A DNA stretch of 22,410 nt from Anaerolineae bacterium (GTDB taxonomy: Bacteria > Chloroflexota > Anaerolineae > B4-G1 > DUEL01): NCBI GenBank assembly GCA_041082215.1, contig JBDOIF010000154.1, forward strand, positions 62,001 through 84,410, in the 5' to 3' direction. Positions 14,715-22,410 of this stretch are shown in pieces. Under the pieces are notes generated by a model, which was given only the letters and a program-made list of their open reading frames with translations, searched no databases and was not told the DNA's origin. Numbering within the stretch: the stretch's first letter is position 1; every line of letters begins with the position of its first letter. Position numbers and translations under genes: made by a program.

Positions 14715-15801
14715 CCTTCTCCCCCTGCTGCGGTTCGTTCAGGAAAGGGGCCAGCGAGGCCATCAGCGCCTGAAACTGGGCCAGGTCAATCTGCTGAGCG
14801 GCGTCGGATAGGGCCTGGAGGGGGTTGGGGTGGACCTCGACCATGATCCCGTCGGCGCCAGCGCCGAGGGCCGCGCGGGCCAGGGGGATGATGATGTCCC
14901 TGCGGCCAGCGGAATGGCTGACATCAACGATGACCGGCAGGTGGCTTTCCTGCTTGAGCACCGCCACCGCCGAGATATCGAGCGTGTTGCGCGTCCAATG
15001 TTCAAAGGTACGGATGCCCCGTTCGCAGAGGATGACCTCCTCGTTCCCCTCCGCCATTACGTATTCAGCGGCATAGAGCAGCTCTTCGATGGTGGCCATA
15101 AAGCCGCGCTTGAGCAGCACCGGCTTCCCGGCGGCGGCGACTGCCCGCAGCAGCACCGGATTGTGCATGTTGCGAGCGCCAATCTGAAGGATATCGGCGT
15201 AAGCTGCGACCAGCTCCACATCGCCCGCATCGAGCACCTCACTGACCGCGGGCATTCCTTCGGCGGCGGCGACCTCTTTCAGGTAGCGCAGCCCCTCCTC
15301 GCCGAGGCCCTGAAAACTGTGCGGCGAAGTGCGTGGCTTGAAGGCGCCGCCCCGCAGCACGGCAGCGCCATAACGATGGGCCTCCCGCGCCACAGTCGCC
15401 AACTGCTCGCGGCTCTCTATGGCACAGGGGCCGGCGATCACCACCGGCCGTCCCCCGCCGATGCGCACCCCCTTGACCTCGATCACCGTTGCTGTGGAGC
15501 GCTCGCCCCGCCAGGCCAGCAGATGCCGCCGGGTCTGGCGCTCCTGCAGGAGCTGGGAGGCGCGGAAGATTTGCTCAAAGATCAGGCGGATGGATTCGCC
15601 GGAATAGGGGCCTGGGTTAGCCGCTACGAGTTCCTGCAGCACAGCCTCCTCGCGCTGGGGGTCATAGGTCTCCAGCCCCAGCCTGGCTTTTAGAGCACCG
15701 ACCTGTTCGACCAGAACGCCGCGTCTGGCCAGCAGGTCCAGAATCTGACGATTGATCTCATCAATACGATGCCTTAATTCCTCCAGATCATCCTCTGTCA
15801 T
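14707..15801 (-). CDS. aroF: Bifunctional chorismate mutase / DAHP synthase (type I-beta, Bacillus-like architecture)
   Basis: Start ATG 15801 (ATGA overlap). N-terminal LEELRHRIDEINRQILDLLARR...K...YDPQRE is a chorismate mutase II domain, followed by IAGPCAIES, GGAFKPRTSP, QIGARNM, LCERGIRTFE and EVHPNP..ALSD. Confidence 0.93.
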   Translation of the reverse strand: MTEDDLEELRHRIDEINRQILDLLARRGVLVEQVGALKARLGLETYDPQREEAVLQELVAANPGPYSGESIRLIFEQIFRASQLLQERQTRRHLLAWRGERSTATVIEVKGVRIGGGRPVVIAGPCAIESREQLATVAREAHRYGAAVLRGGAFKPRTSPHSFQGLGEEGLRYLKEVAAAEGMPAVSEVLDAGDVELVAAYADILQIGARNMHNPVLLRAVAAAGKPVLLKRGFMATIEELLYAAEYVMAEGNEEVILCERGIRTFEHWTRNTLDISAVAVLKQESHLPVIVDVSHSAGRRDIIIPLARAALGAGADGIMVEVHPNPLQALSDAAQQIDLAQFQALMASLAPFLNEPQQGEKGG

Positions 15802-17399
15802 TGCTCCATTCCCTTTAGCACGGACAGGACGACGGAAGGCGGCACGTGTTCGACCACCTCGACTTCGCCCAGGGCGCGGGGGAGCGCCCACCGCAAGGTC
15901 AGGCCCTTTCGTTTCTTGTCGTGGGACATTGCTTCCCAGACAGCAGCGGCGGTGTAGGGGGAAAGCCGCACCGGCAACCCCCACGCTGCGAGGACGGCCT
16001 CGATGCGCCCGGCAAGCGAAGGGTCGGCCAGGCCCAGCTCGACCGCGATCCGTGCGGCGGCGACCATCCCGATACTCACGGCCTCTCCGTGGCGGAGGGT
16101 GAAGGCGCTCAACTTTTCCAGCGCGTGTCCCACCGTGTGGCCCAGGTTGAGCACGGCCCGGCGGCCCTGCTCAAAGGGGTCTGCCTCAACGATCAGGATT
16201 TTCACCCGCAGCGCCTGGGCGATGGGCAGGCTTTGTATGGCCCGGAGGGGCTCGCCGGCTGCCGCCTCCAGTTCGGCAAAAAGCTCCGGAGCGCCGACGA
16301 CGCCGTGTTTGATCATCTCAGCAAGGCCGGAGCGGACCTGTTCGGGGGGCAGGGTCCGGAGCACAGTGGGATCAATGAGTACCAGCACAGGATGGTGGAA
16401 CGCGCCGGCCAGGTTTTTGCCCTGGCGCAGGTTGACGCCTGTCTTGCCACCCACGCTGGCATCTATCATCGCCAGCAGCGTCGTGGGAAGCTGGGCGAAG
16501 CGGACCCCGCGCATAAAAGTCGCTGCGGCAAACCCCGCCACATCGCCGGTCACGCCGCCGCCCAGCGAGAGCACCACATCGCTGCGGCTCAGCCCTCCGG
16601 CCAGGAACTGATCGTAGAGCGAAACGACGGTGTCCAGCGTCTTGTGCGCCTCTCCGTCGGGGATGGTGCAGGGGAAGGGATGGAAACCTGCTGCACGCAG
16701 CCCTTCTTCGACCTGAGCACTGTAGAGCGGCGCGACGATGGGGTTGGAGACGATGGCGACCCGGCCCCCCTCACCGCCGAGCGCAGCCTGCAAGGCTCCG
16801 CCCACGTAGGGCAGCAATCCGTCGCCGACGTGGACGTCATAGTAACCGCCCGGCATCTTCACCGGCAGGGTGATGGTTCGGCCCAGTTCGATCACTCGCC
16901 GGGCAACCTCCTCAGGCGGGAGATGAGTTGTATCCACATGCCAGGGGATAGACGCATATGCTGCACGGCGCATTGCCAGCAGCCGCTCGATCTCAGCGAG
17001 GGGGTCGTCTTTCGGGAGCAGGGGCCTGAGGGGGTTGCCGGGCATCTGGAGCCGCCGCAGGATTTCGTCTGGGGCACAGTCCAGGCAGATCACCGTGCCC
17101 ATTTCCATCATCCGCGTCCGGCTGGCAGGGTCTATTAACGTCCCGCCGCCGGTTGCGATCACCAGCCCCTCGTCGGCTGCCCTGCGCGTAAGTTCCGCAC
17201 ACAGCGCCTTCTCTGTCTCTCGGAAAGCGGCCTCACCGTCCTCGGCGAAGATGCGCGGGATCGGTTTCCCCATCCGCCGTTCGATCTCGGCGTCCATATC
17301 CACGAACGGGCGGCCCAGACGCCGGGCGACTTCCTGCCCGACGCTGGTCTTTCCCGTGCCCATGAAACCTGTCAGGATGATCGGATTTACCGTGCGCAC
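15798..17399 (-). CDS. aroB: Shikimate kinase / 3-dehydroquinate synthase fusion (AroK-AroB)
   Basis: N-terminal LTGFMGTGKT...FVDMD...GEAAFR...ATGGG is AroK. C-terminal GEAHK, LGGGVTGD, PTTLLAMIDASVGGKTG, LNLGHTVGHA, HGEAV and DKK are AroB. Confidence 0.95.
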   Translation of the reverse strand: MRTVNPIILTGFMGTGKTSVGQEVARRLGRPFVDMDAEIERRMGKPIPRIFAEDGEAAFRETEKALCAELTRRAADEGLVIATGGGTLIDPASRTRMMEMGTVICLDCAPDEILRRLQMPGNPLRPLLPKDDPLAEIERLLAMRRAAYASIPWHVDTTHLPPEEVARRVIELGRTITLPVKMPGGYYDVHVGDGLLPYVGGALQAALGGEGGRVAIVSNPIVAPLYSAQVEEGLRAAGFHPFPCTIPDGEAHKTLDTVVSLYDQFLAGGLSRSDVVLSLGGGVTGDVAGFAAATFMRGVRFAQLPTTLLAMIDASVGGKTGVNLRQGKNLAGAFHHPVLVLIDPTVLRTLPPEQVRSGLAEMIKHGVVGAPELFAELEAAAGEPLRAIQSLPIAQALRVKILIVEADPFEQGRRAVLNLGHTVGHALEKLSAFTLRHGEAVSIGMVAAARIAVELGLADPSLAGRIEAVLAAWGLPVRLSPYTAAAVWEAMSHDKKRKGLTLRWALPRALGEVEVVEHVPPSVVLSVLKGMEQ

Positions 17400-18496
17400 T
17401 CTGCCAGGCTATCTCCCCCTTTCTTTTCCAGCAGCGCATCGGCCAGCACCCAGGCGACCATAGCTTCGCCGACGACGGCGGCAGCGGGCACGGCACAGAC
17501 ATCGGATCGGAGGGGTTGTGTTTCGGCCGGCTTGCCGCTGAGCAGATCCACCGAGCGCTGGGGTGTGGCGGTGGTAGGGAGCGGTTTCATCGCTGCCCGC
17601 ACCACGATCGGCGCGCCGTTGCTCATCCCTCCCTCGACGCCGCCGGCCCGGTTCGTGGGCCGCACCACTCCCCCCGCGCCGTCGGGGAGCAGGGCGTCGT
17701 GGACCTCGGTGCCACGGTGTCGGGCGTTCTCGAAAGCGGGGCCGATCTCAACGCCTTTGACGGCGGGGATGGACATCACCGCCGCGGCCAACCGGGCATC
17801 CAGCCGTCGGTCCCAATGGACATAGCTGCCCAGGCCGACCGGCACGCCGGTGGCGGTGACGACAAAGACGCCGCCGAGGGAGTCGCCCGCCCGGCGTGCA
17901 GCGTCAATGGCGGCCCGCATCTGTGCGGCGGCATGCTCGTCGGGGCAACGGACATCGCTGGCCTCAGCCAGCAGCCAGAGCGCCTCCGGCGGCAGATCGG
18001 GCACGGCTGCAACGACCCCTCCGATCTCGGTGACGAAGCTGCCAACGGCGATGCCAAAGGTGGCGAGGAAGAGCCGGGCCAGCGCGCCTGCGGCCACGCG
18101 CGCGGCTGTCTCACGGGCGCTGGCCCGTTCCAGCACGGGCCACGCATCGTCCAGGCCGTATTTGACCATCCCGGCATAGTCGGCATGGCCGGGTCGGGGG
18201 ATGGTCAGCCTGGGCAGATCGGCGGCAGCCCAGCGGTCGCGCCAGTTGGCCCAGTCCCGGTTGGCGATGGACAGCGCTACCGGCGCGCCGGTCGTCTTGC
18301 CGGCAATGACTCCGCTCAAAATCTCGGCCTGGTCCTGCTCGATCCGGGCCCGCTCACCGCGGCCGTAGCCGCCCTGGCGACGCGCCAGGTCGCGGTTGAT
18401 CGCCTCCAGGTTGACCTGGAGGCCTGCGGGTAACCCCTCCACGATCACGATCAGGCAGGGACCGTGAGACTCGCCTGCGGTCAGGAATCGCAACAT
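17387..18496 (-). CDS. aroC: Chorismate synthase
   Basis: MLRFLTAGESHG start at 18496 with GGAGAGG RBS. RRQGGYGRG, PRPGHAD, ERASARETA, NRAGGVEGGMSNG and RSDVCAVP. Confidence 0.96.
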   Translation of the reverse strand: MLRFLTAGESHGPCLIVIVEGLPAGLQVNLEAINRDLARRQGGYGRGERARIEQDQAEILSGVIAGKTTGAPVALSIANRDWANWRDRWAAADLPRLTIPRPGHADYAGMVKYGLDDAWPVLERASARETAARVAAGALARLFLATFGIAVGSFVTEIGGVVAAVPDLPPEALWLLAEASDVRCPDEHAAAQMRAAIDAARRAGDSLGGVFVVTATGVPVGLGSYVHWDRRLDARLAAAVMSIPAVKGVEIGPAFENARHRGTEVHDALLPDGAGGVVRPTNRAGGVEGGMSNGAPIVVRAAMKPLPTTATPQRSVDLLSGKPAETQPLRSDVCAVPAAAVVGEAMVAWVLADALLEKKGGDSLAECAR

Positions 18497-18575
18497 CGCC
18501 TCTCCCTGGGTTGCCTGACTATGTAGCGCAGGCCGCCAGGCCTGTTTCTCGCAGGCTGACAGCCCGCGCCGCTGC

Positions 18576-19859
18576 TCACGGCTCAATCCTTGCCCCCATC
18601 TCCTGCATCATCTGGACAAAACCGGGGAATGAATCGTCCATACAGTGGGCATGGTTCACCGTTGTCTCTCCCTCTGCGATCAGCCCGGCCACGACCCAGG
18701 CCATCGCCAGCCGGTGGTCGCCGTAGCTGTCCACGATGGCGCCGCGCAGGGGGGTGGGACCCTGAATGACAAACCCGTCGGGCAAGGGCTGAATCTTCGC
18801 CCCCATCGCTTTCAGTCCGGCGACTATGCCGCGAATGCGGTCCGTCTCCTTGACCCTCAGTTCGGCAGCGTCACGGACCGTCGTGATGCCGTGTGCCTGC
18901 GTTGCGGCGACGGCGAAGACAGGGAACTCGTCTATCATGCGGACGACTGTCTCGCCGCCGATTTCGACACCGTACAGGGTGGAGGTCCACACCGTCACAT
19001 CGGCAACCGGTTCCGGGCCCTGTAGACGCTCATTTTCTATTGCAACCTCGGCCCCCATCTGCCGCAGGACGTCGAGCAAGCCTGTGCGGGTGGGATTCAC
19101 ACCCACGCCCAGGACAGTGACCCGGGAATCGGGCACGAGCGCCGCTGCGACCAGGGGGAAAGCCGCCGAGGAGAAATCGCCGGGTATGTGGATCGGGATG
19201 GGGGAAAGCTCTGTAGAAGGACGGAGTTCGATGGTTGCCCCCCCTGTTTCAATGTGAGCGCCCATGGCGGCAAGCAGCCGCTCGGTGTGGTCGCGTGCCG
19301 GACCTGGCTGGTGGATGGACGTCGGGCCGTCGGCATACAGTGCGGCCAGCAACAGGGCCGTCTTGAGTTGCGCGCTGGCAACCGGCAGTACGTGGTCACA
19401 GCCGTGCAGGGGCCTTCCATGGATGATAATGGAGACAGGCCCAGCGGTAGCGATCCTGGCCCCCATTCTGCGGAGGGGCTGGATGATCCGGCCCATCGGG
19501 CGGCGGAGCAATTGCCCATCCCCTGTCAGAGAACTGGTGAAGATCTGGCCTGCCAGAAGACCCATCAGACAGCGCATGGTCGTAGCCGAGCGGCGGCAGT
19601 CGAGCGGCGAGGCCGGTGCTTGCAGACCCCTCAGCCCTTTTCCAGAGACGGTCAGTTTGTGGGGAGTGTGGATTTCTACATCAACACCCAGCGCCCGGAT
19701 CGCATCCAGCGTTGCCAGGCAGTCGTTGCAGGGCGAGAAGCCCGTCAGTTTGCAGGCGCCGTTTGCCAGCGCAGCCAGCATCAGGGCCCGATGGGAGATG
19801 GACTTGTCGCCGGGCACACGAATACGCCCCTGCAGGGAACGGCTGTTGTGGACAATCAT
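18576..19859 (-). CDS. aroA: 3-phosphoshikimate 1-carboxyvinyltransferase (EPSP synthase, class II)
   Basis: VPGDKSISHRA, RRPMGR, ASAQLK, RDHTE, PGDFSSAAF, NPTRTG, IDEFP, ELRVKETDRI and DHRLAM. Confidence 0.96.
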   Translation of the reverse strand: MIVHNSRSLQGRIRVPGDKSISHRALMLAALANGACKLTGFSPCNDCLATLDAIRALGVDVEIHTPHKLTVSGKGLRGLQAPASPLDCRRSATTMRCLMGLLAGQIFTSSLTGDGQLLRRPMGRIIQPLRRMGARIATAGPVSIIIHGRPLHGCDHVLPVASAQLKTALLLAALYADGPTSIHQPGPARDHTERLLAAMGAHIETGGATIELRPSTELSPIPIHIPGDFSSAAFPLVAAALVPDSRVTVLGVGVNPTRTGLLDVLRQMGAEVAIENERLQGPEPVADVTVWTSTLYGVEIGGETVVRMIDEFPVFAVAATQAHGITTVRDAAELRVKETDRIRGIVAGLKAMGAKIQPLPDGFVIQGPTPLRGAIVDSYGDHRLAMAWVVAGLIAEGETTVNHAHCMDDSFPGFVQMMQEMGARIEP

Positions 19860-19900
19860 CGCCTGGCTACCGACCTGTAGCTCACGTGTGGTTCGAGGTT

Positions 19901-19909
19901 ATTGTATCA
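19901..19909 (-). promoter_or_regulatory. Possible extended -10 promoter of the aro operon
   Basis: Minus strand TGA-TACAAT, about 42 nt upstream of the aroA ATG. No convincing -35. Confidence 0.4.
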
Positions 19910-19977
19910 CGGGTCCCCCGCTTTTGGTAGGATGATGGCTGGCCAGGGGATACACACGTTGCCACTTCAACGAATCC

Positions 19978-20006
19978 TTGACAGTTTCACCTCCCCGTGG
20001 TAGCAT
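19978..20006 (+). promoter_or_regulatory. sigma70 promoter of hrcA-grpE-dnaK
   Basis: TTGACA (19978-19983), 17 nt, TAGCAT (20001-20006) with TGn extension, immediately upstream of CIRCE. Confidence 0.75.
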
Positions 20007-20019
20007 GAATTTCCGGGTC

Positions 20020-20046
20020 TTAGCACTCTTGGCAGGAGAGTGCTAA
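20020..20046 (+). promoter_or_regulatory. CIRCE element (HrcA operator)
   Basis: Perfect TTAGCACTC-N9(ttggcagga)-GAGTGCTAA, 16 nt upstream of hrcA. Confidence 0.97.
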
Positions 20047-20062
20047 AAAGGAGAGAAGAGGT

Positions 20063-21136
20063 ATGGGAGAATTGACGGGACGTCAGGAGATGATCCTCGG
20101 CCTGGTGGTGCATGAGTTTGTGCGCACCGCCGTGCCGGTTGGCTCGCGCACGCTGGTGGAGAAGTACGGCCTGAACGTCAGCCCGGCCACTGTTCGCAAC
20201 GAGATGGCGCGGCTGGAGGAGCTGGGCTATCTCACCCACCCCCACACCTCCGCCGGGCGGATGCCCACCGATCTGGGATACCGGTACTTCGTCGAGCGGC
20301 TGCTGCAGGAGACGGAGTTGCCGCTGGCAGAGCGGCGCACCATCGCCCATCAGTTCCAGCAGATCCGGCAGGAGGTGGAAGAGTGGATGCCCCTGGCCGC
20401 CTCGGTCCTGGCCCGCACCACCCGCAGCGCTGCGCTGGTCACCGCCCCGCGCGCCGCCCGGGCCCGCTACCGGCACCTGCAGCTCATCTCTACCCAGGGC
20501 CGCCTGGTGCTCCTGGTCCTGGTCCTTCAGGGGGGGCTGGTCAAACAGCAGATGCTCACCCTGCCGGAGCCGTTGCCCCAGCCCGTGCTCAGCGAAGTAG
20601 CGGATCGGCTCAACCAGCTCTGCGCGGGCCTTACCGCCGAGGAGATCGAGGCGCATATCCCCACCCTTCCCCTCTTCGAGGCCGACATCGCCCAACTGGC
20701 GGTGGGAATGATGCACCGGGCCGATCTCTCCACTGCCGATGAGGTCTACCACGACGGCCTGACCGAGCTTCTCCAGGAGCCGGAGTTCACCGAAGGTGGG
20801 CAGGCCCAGTCCGTCCTGCGGGTCCTTGAGGAACGGAGCTTCCTGGAGGCGGTCCTGGCCGACACCCTGGGCCCCACAATCGGCAGTGTGCGGGTGGTGA
20901 TCGGCGGGGAGGGCCGCTTCGACGAGCTCCAGGCCTGCAGCCTGATCCTCAGCCGGTACGGCGTCGCCGGCCTGGCCACCGGCGCCCTGGGAGTGCTGGG
21001 CCCTACCCGTATGGGCTACGGCCGCGCCATCTCCGCCGTCCGTTTCGTCGCCGGGCTGCTTTCTGAGCTGGTCCACGATGTCTTCGTGGCTGGCTCCGAA
21101 CCTTTACCCTCTGCTACCGGGAGGTCGTCGCCATGA
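20063..21136 (+). CDS. hrcA: Heat-inducible transcription repressor HrcA
   Basis: LTGRQEMIL, PVGSRTL, SPATVRNEMARLEELGYLTHPHTSAGRMPTDLGYRYFV and GVLGPTRMGY. Lies downstream of CIRCE. Confidence 0.97.
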   Translation: MGELTGRQEMILGLVVHEFVRTAVPVGSRTLVEKYGLNVSPATVRNEMARLEELGYLTHPHTSAGRMPTDLGYRYFVERLLQETELPLAERRTIAHQFQQIRQEVEEWMPLAASVLARTTRSAALVTAPRAARARYRHLQLISTQGRLVLLVLVLQGGLVKQQMLTLPEPLPQPVLSEVADRLNQLCAGLTAEEIEAHIPTLPLFEADIAQLAVGMMHRADLSTADEVYHDGLTELLQEPEFTEGGQAQSVLRVLEERSFLEAVLADTLGPTIGSVRVVIGGEGRFDELQACSLILSRYGVAGLATGALGVLGPTRMGYGRAISAVRFVAGLLSELVHDVFVAGSEPLPSATGRSSP

Positions 21137-21837
21137 ACGAGGAAGCAAAGGAGGTCCGTAAAGAAGTGAGCCCGAATCCAGAAGAAGAAGCTGTGTCGGT
21201 TGAAGCGGTGGAAACCGGGGCACAGGAGGAGGCCGAGGCTGTTGCGGAAGCTGGAACTGTGGAGGAGGAGTCGGAGCTGAACCGATTGAGGCGGGAGCTG
21301 GAAGAGGCCCGCGCCCAGGCCGCCGAATACTTGGACGGCTGGCAACGATCCCAGGCGGAGTTCGCCAACTACCGGAAGCGGCAGGAGGCAGAATGGCAGC
21401 GACGGACCCAGATGAGCAACGCCCATCTCATCGGCAAACTCCTGCCGGTGCTGGACGACCTGGAACGGGCGATGCAGACCCTCCCCCTGGGCCTGGAACG
21501 GCTCACCTGGATCGAGGGGATCTTCCTGATCAAGCGGAAGCTGGAGGTAGTGCTGGAATCAGAGGGAGTGAAGCCCATCGAGGCGGAAGGGCAGATGTTC
21601 GACCCTCTCTATCATGAGGCAGTGACTTATGAGGAGGTGGAGGGGTATGAGGATGGGAAGATCATCGGCGAGGTGCAGCGGGGTTATATGCTGGGCGACC
21701 GGGTGATCCGTCCCGCTCTGGTGCGGGTGGCGCGCGCGCCAGCAAAGCCCGCCGCGACGAAGGAGGGGGCGGACGTCGAGGCGGAGATCCCGGGCGGCGA
21801 GGAAGCGCAGGAAGAGAAAGACGTGGAGACGCAGTGA
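21133..21837 (+). CDS. grpE: Nucleotide exchange factor GrpE
   Basis: QRSQAEFANYRKR, LLPVLDDLERA, FDPLYHEAV and QRGYMLGDRVIRPALVRVA. Confidence 0.97.
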   Translation: MNEEAKEVRKEVSPNPEEEAVSVEAVETGAQEEAEAVAEAGTVEEESELNRLRRELEEARAQAAEYLDGWQRSQAEFANYRKRQEAEWQRRTQMSNAHLIGKLLPVLDDLERAMQTLPLGLERLTWIEGIFLIKRKLEVVLESEGVKPIEAEGQMFDPLYHEAVTYEEVEGYEDGKIIGEVQRGYMLGDRVIRPALVRVARAPAKPAATKEGADVEAEIPGGEEAQEEKDVETQ

Positions 21838-21885
21838 TACGGGACTTTGGCCTCCGGACTCTGAGCAGAGAGGAGCAGGAACGGA

Positions 21886-22410
21886 ATGGGCAAGATCATC
21901 GGTATTGACCTGGGCACTACCAATTCCGTCTGTGCGGTGATGGTGGGCGGGGAGCCGGTCGTTATCCCCAGCGCCGAAGGAGGACGGCTCTTCCCCTCCG
22001 TCGTCGCTGTCAATCCAAAGACCGGGGAGCGGATGGTGGGCCAGGTGGCCAAGCGACAGGCGATCATCAATCCGGAAAACACCATCTTCTCCATCAAACG
22101 CTTTATGGGCCGTAAGTTCGACGACCCTGAAGTGCAGCGGGCACTCCAGATTGTCCCCTATAAGGTCACCGCAGCCCCCAACGGGGACATCCGCGTCTGG
22201 ATGGGCGGCAAGGAGTACTCCCCCCCGGAGATCTCGGCGATGATCCTGCAGAAAATCAAGGCCGACGCCGAAGCCTATCTGGGGGAGCCGGTGACCCAGG
22301 CGGTGATCACCGTCCCTGCCTACTTCAACGACAGCCAGCGACAGGCCACCAAGGACGCCGGCAAGATCGCCGGCCTGGAGGTGCTGCGCATCATCAACGA
22401 GCCGACCGCC
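21886..22410 (+). CDS. dnaK: Chaperone DnaK (5' part; truncated by window end)
   Basis: ATG 21886 gives [14 protein letters not shown]...[21 protein letters not shown]...[38 protein letters not shown]. Confidence 0.97.
   Translation, partial: MGKIIGIDLGTTNSVCAVMVGGEPVVIPSAEGGRLFPSVVAVNPKTGERMVGQVAKRQAIINPENTIFSIKRFMGRKFDDPEVQRALQIVPYKVTAAPNGDIRVWMGGKEYSPPEISAMILQKIKADAEAYLGEPVTQAVITVPAYFNDSQRQATKDAGKIAGLEVLRIINEPTA

Noticed and set aside
14707..17399. AroK-AroB and chorismate mutase-DAHP synthase fusions as novelties
   Set aside because: Both fusion types are already known in bacteria.

Overview
GC-rich bacterial DNA, probably Chloroflexota/Anaerolineae (inferred from NBR1-Ig-like domains, Pro/Thr linkers and a YLPII-R motif). 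There are four blocks. (1) 1-2246, minus strand: an SDR epimerase/threonine-dehydrogenase-like gene (partial), a TPR lipoprotein, and an MBL-fold protein that has lost its metal ligands. (2) 2647-13407, plus strand: a tightly coupled 11-gene operon behind a near-consensus sigma70 promoter. It encodes five radical SAM enzymes (four with SPASM-type domains, one HemN/class C type), two stand-alone PqqD/RRE-like proteins, a peptidase-U32-family Fe-S protein, a DxD glycosyltransferase-like protein, and two roughly 300-aa Tat-signal proteins. These two proteins share an N-terminal PQVY...WKFSRR(D/E)FL leader and a C-terminal (CxCxxx)n-HYWYPN tail, and look like the modification substrates. (3) 13330-19859, minus strand: a complete shikimate-to-chorismate/prephenate operon (aroA, aroC, aroK-aroB, chorismate mutase-DAHP synthase, aroE, aroQ) whose last gene overlaps the cluster tail-to-tail. 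(4) 20020-22410, plus strand: CIRCE-hrcA-grpE-dnaK. Block 2 is the main candidate for an undescribed system: RiPP-like hyper-modification of Cys-rich HYWYPN tails on Tat-exported proteins, possibly with prephenate-dependent hydroxylation supplied by block 3. All family assignments come from motif recognition by eye; no searches were run.
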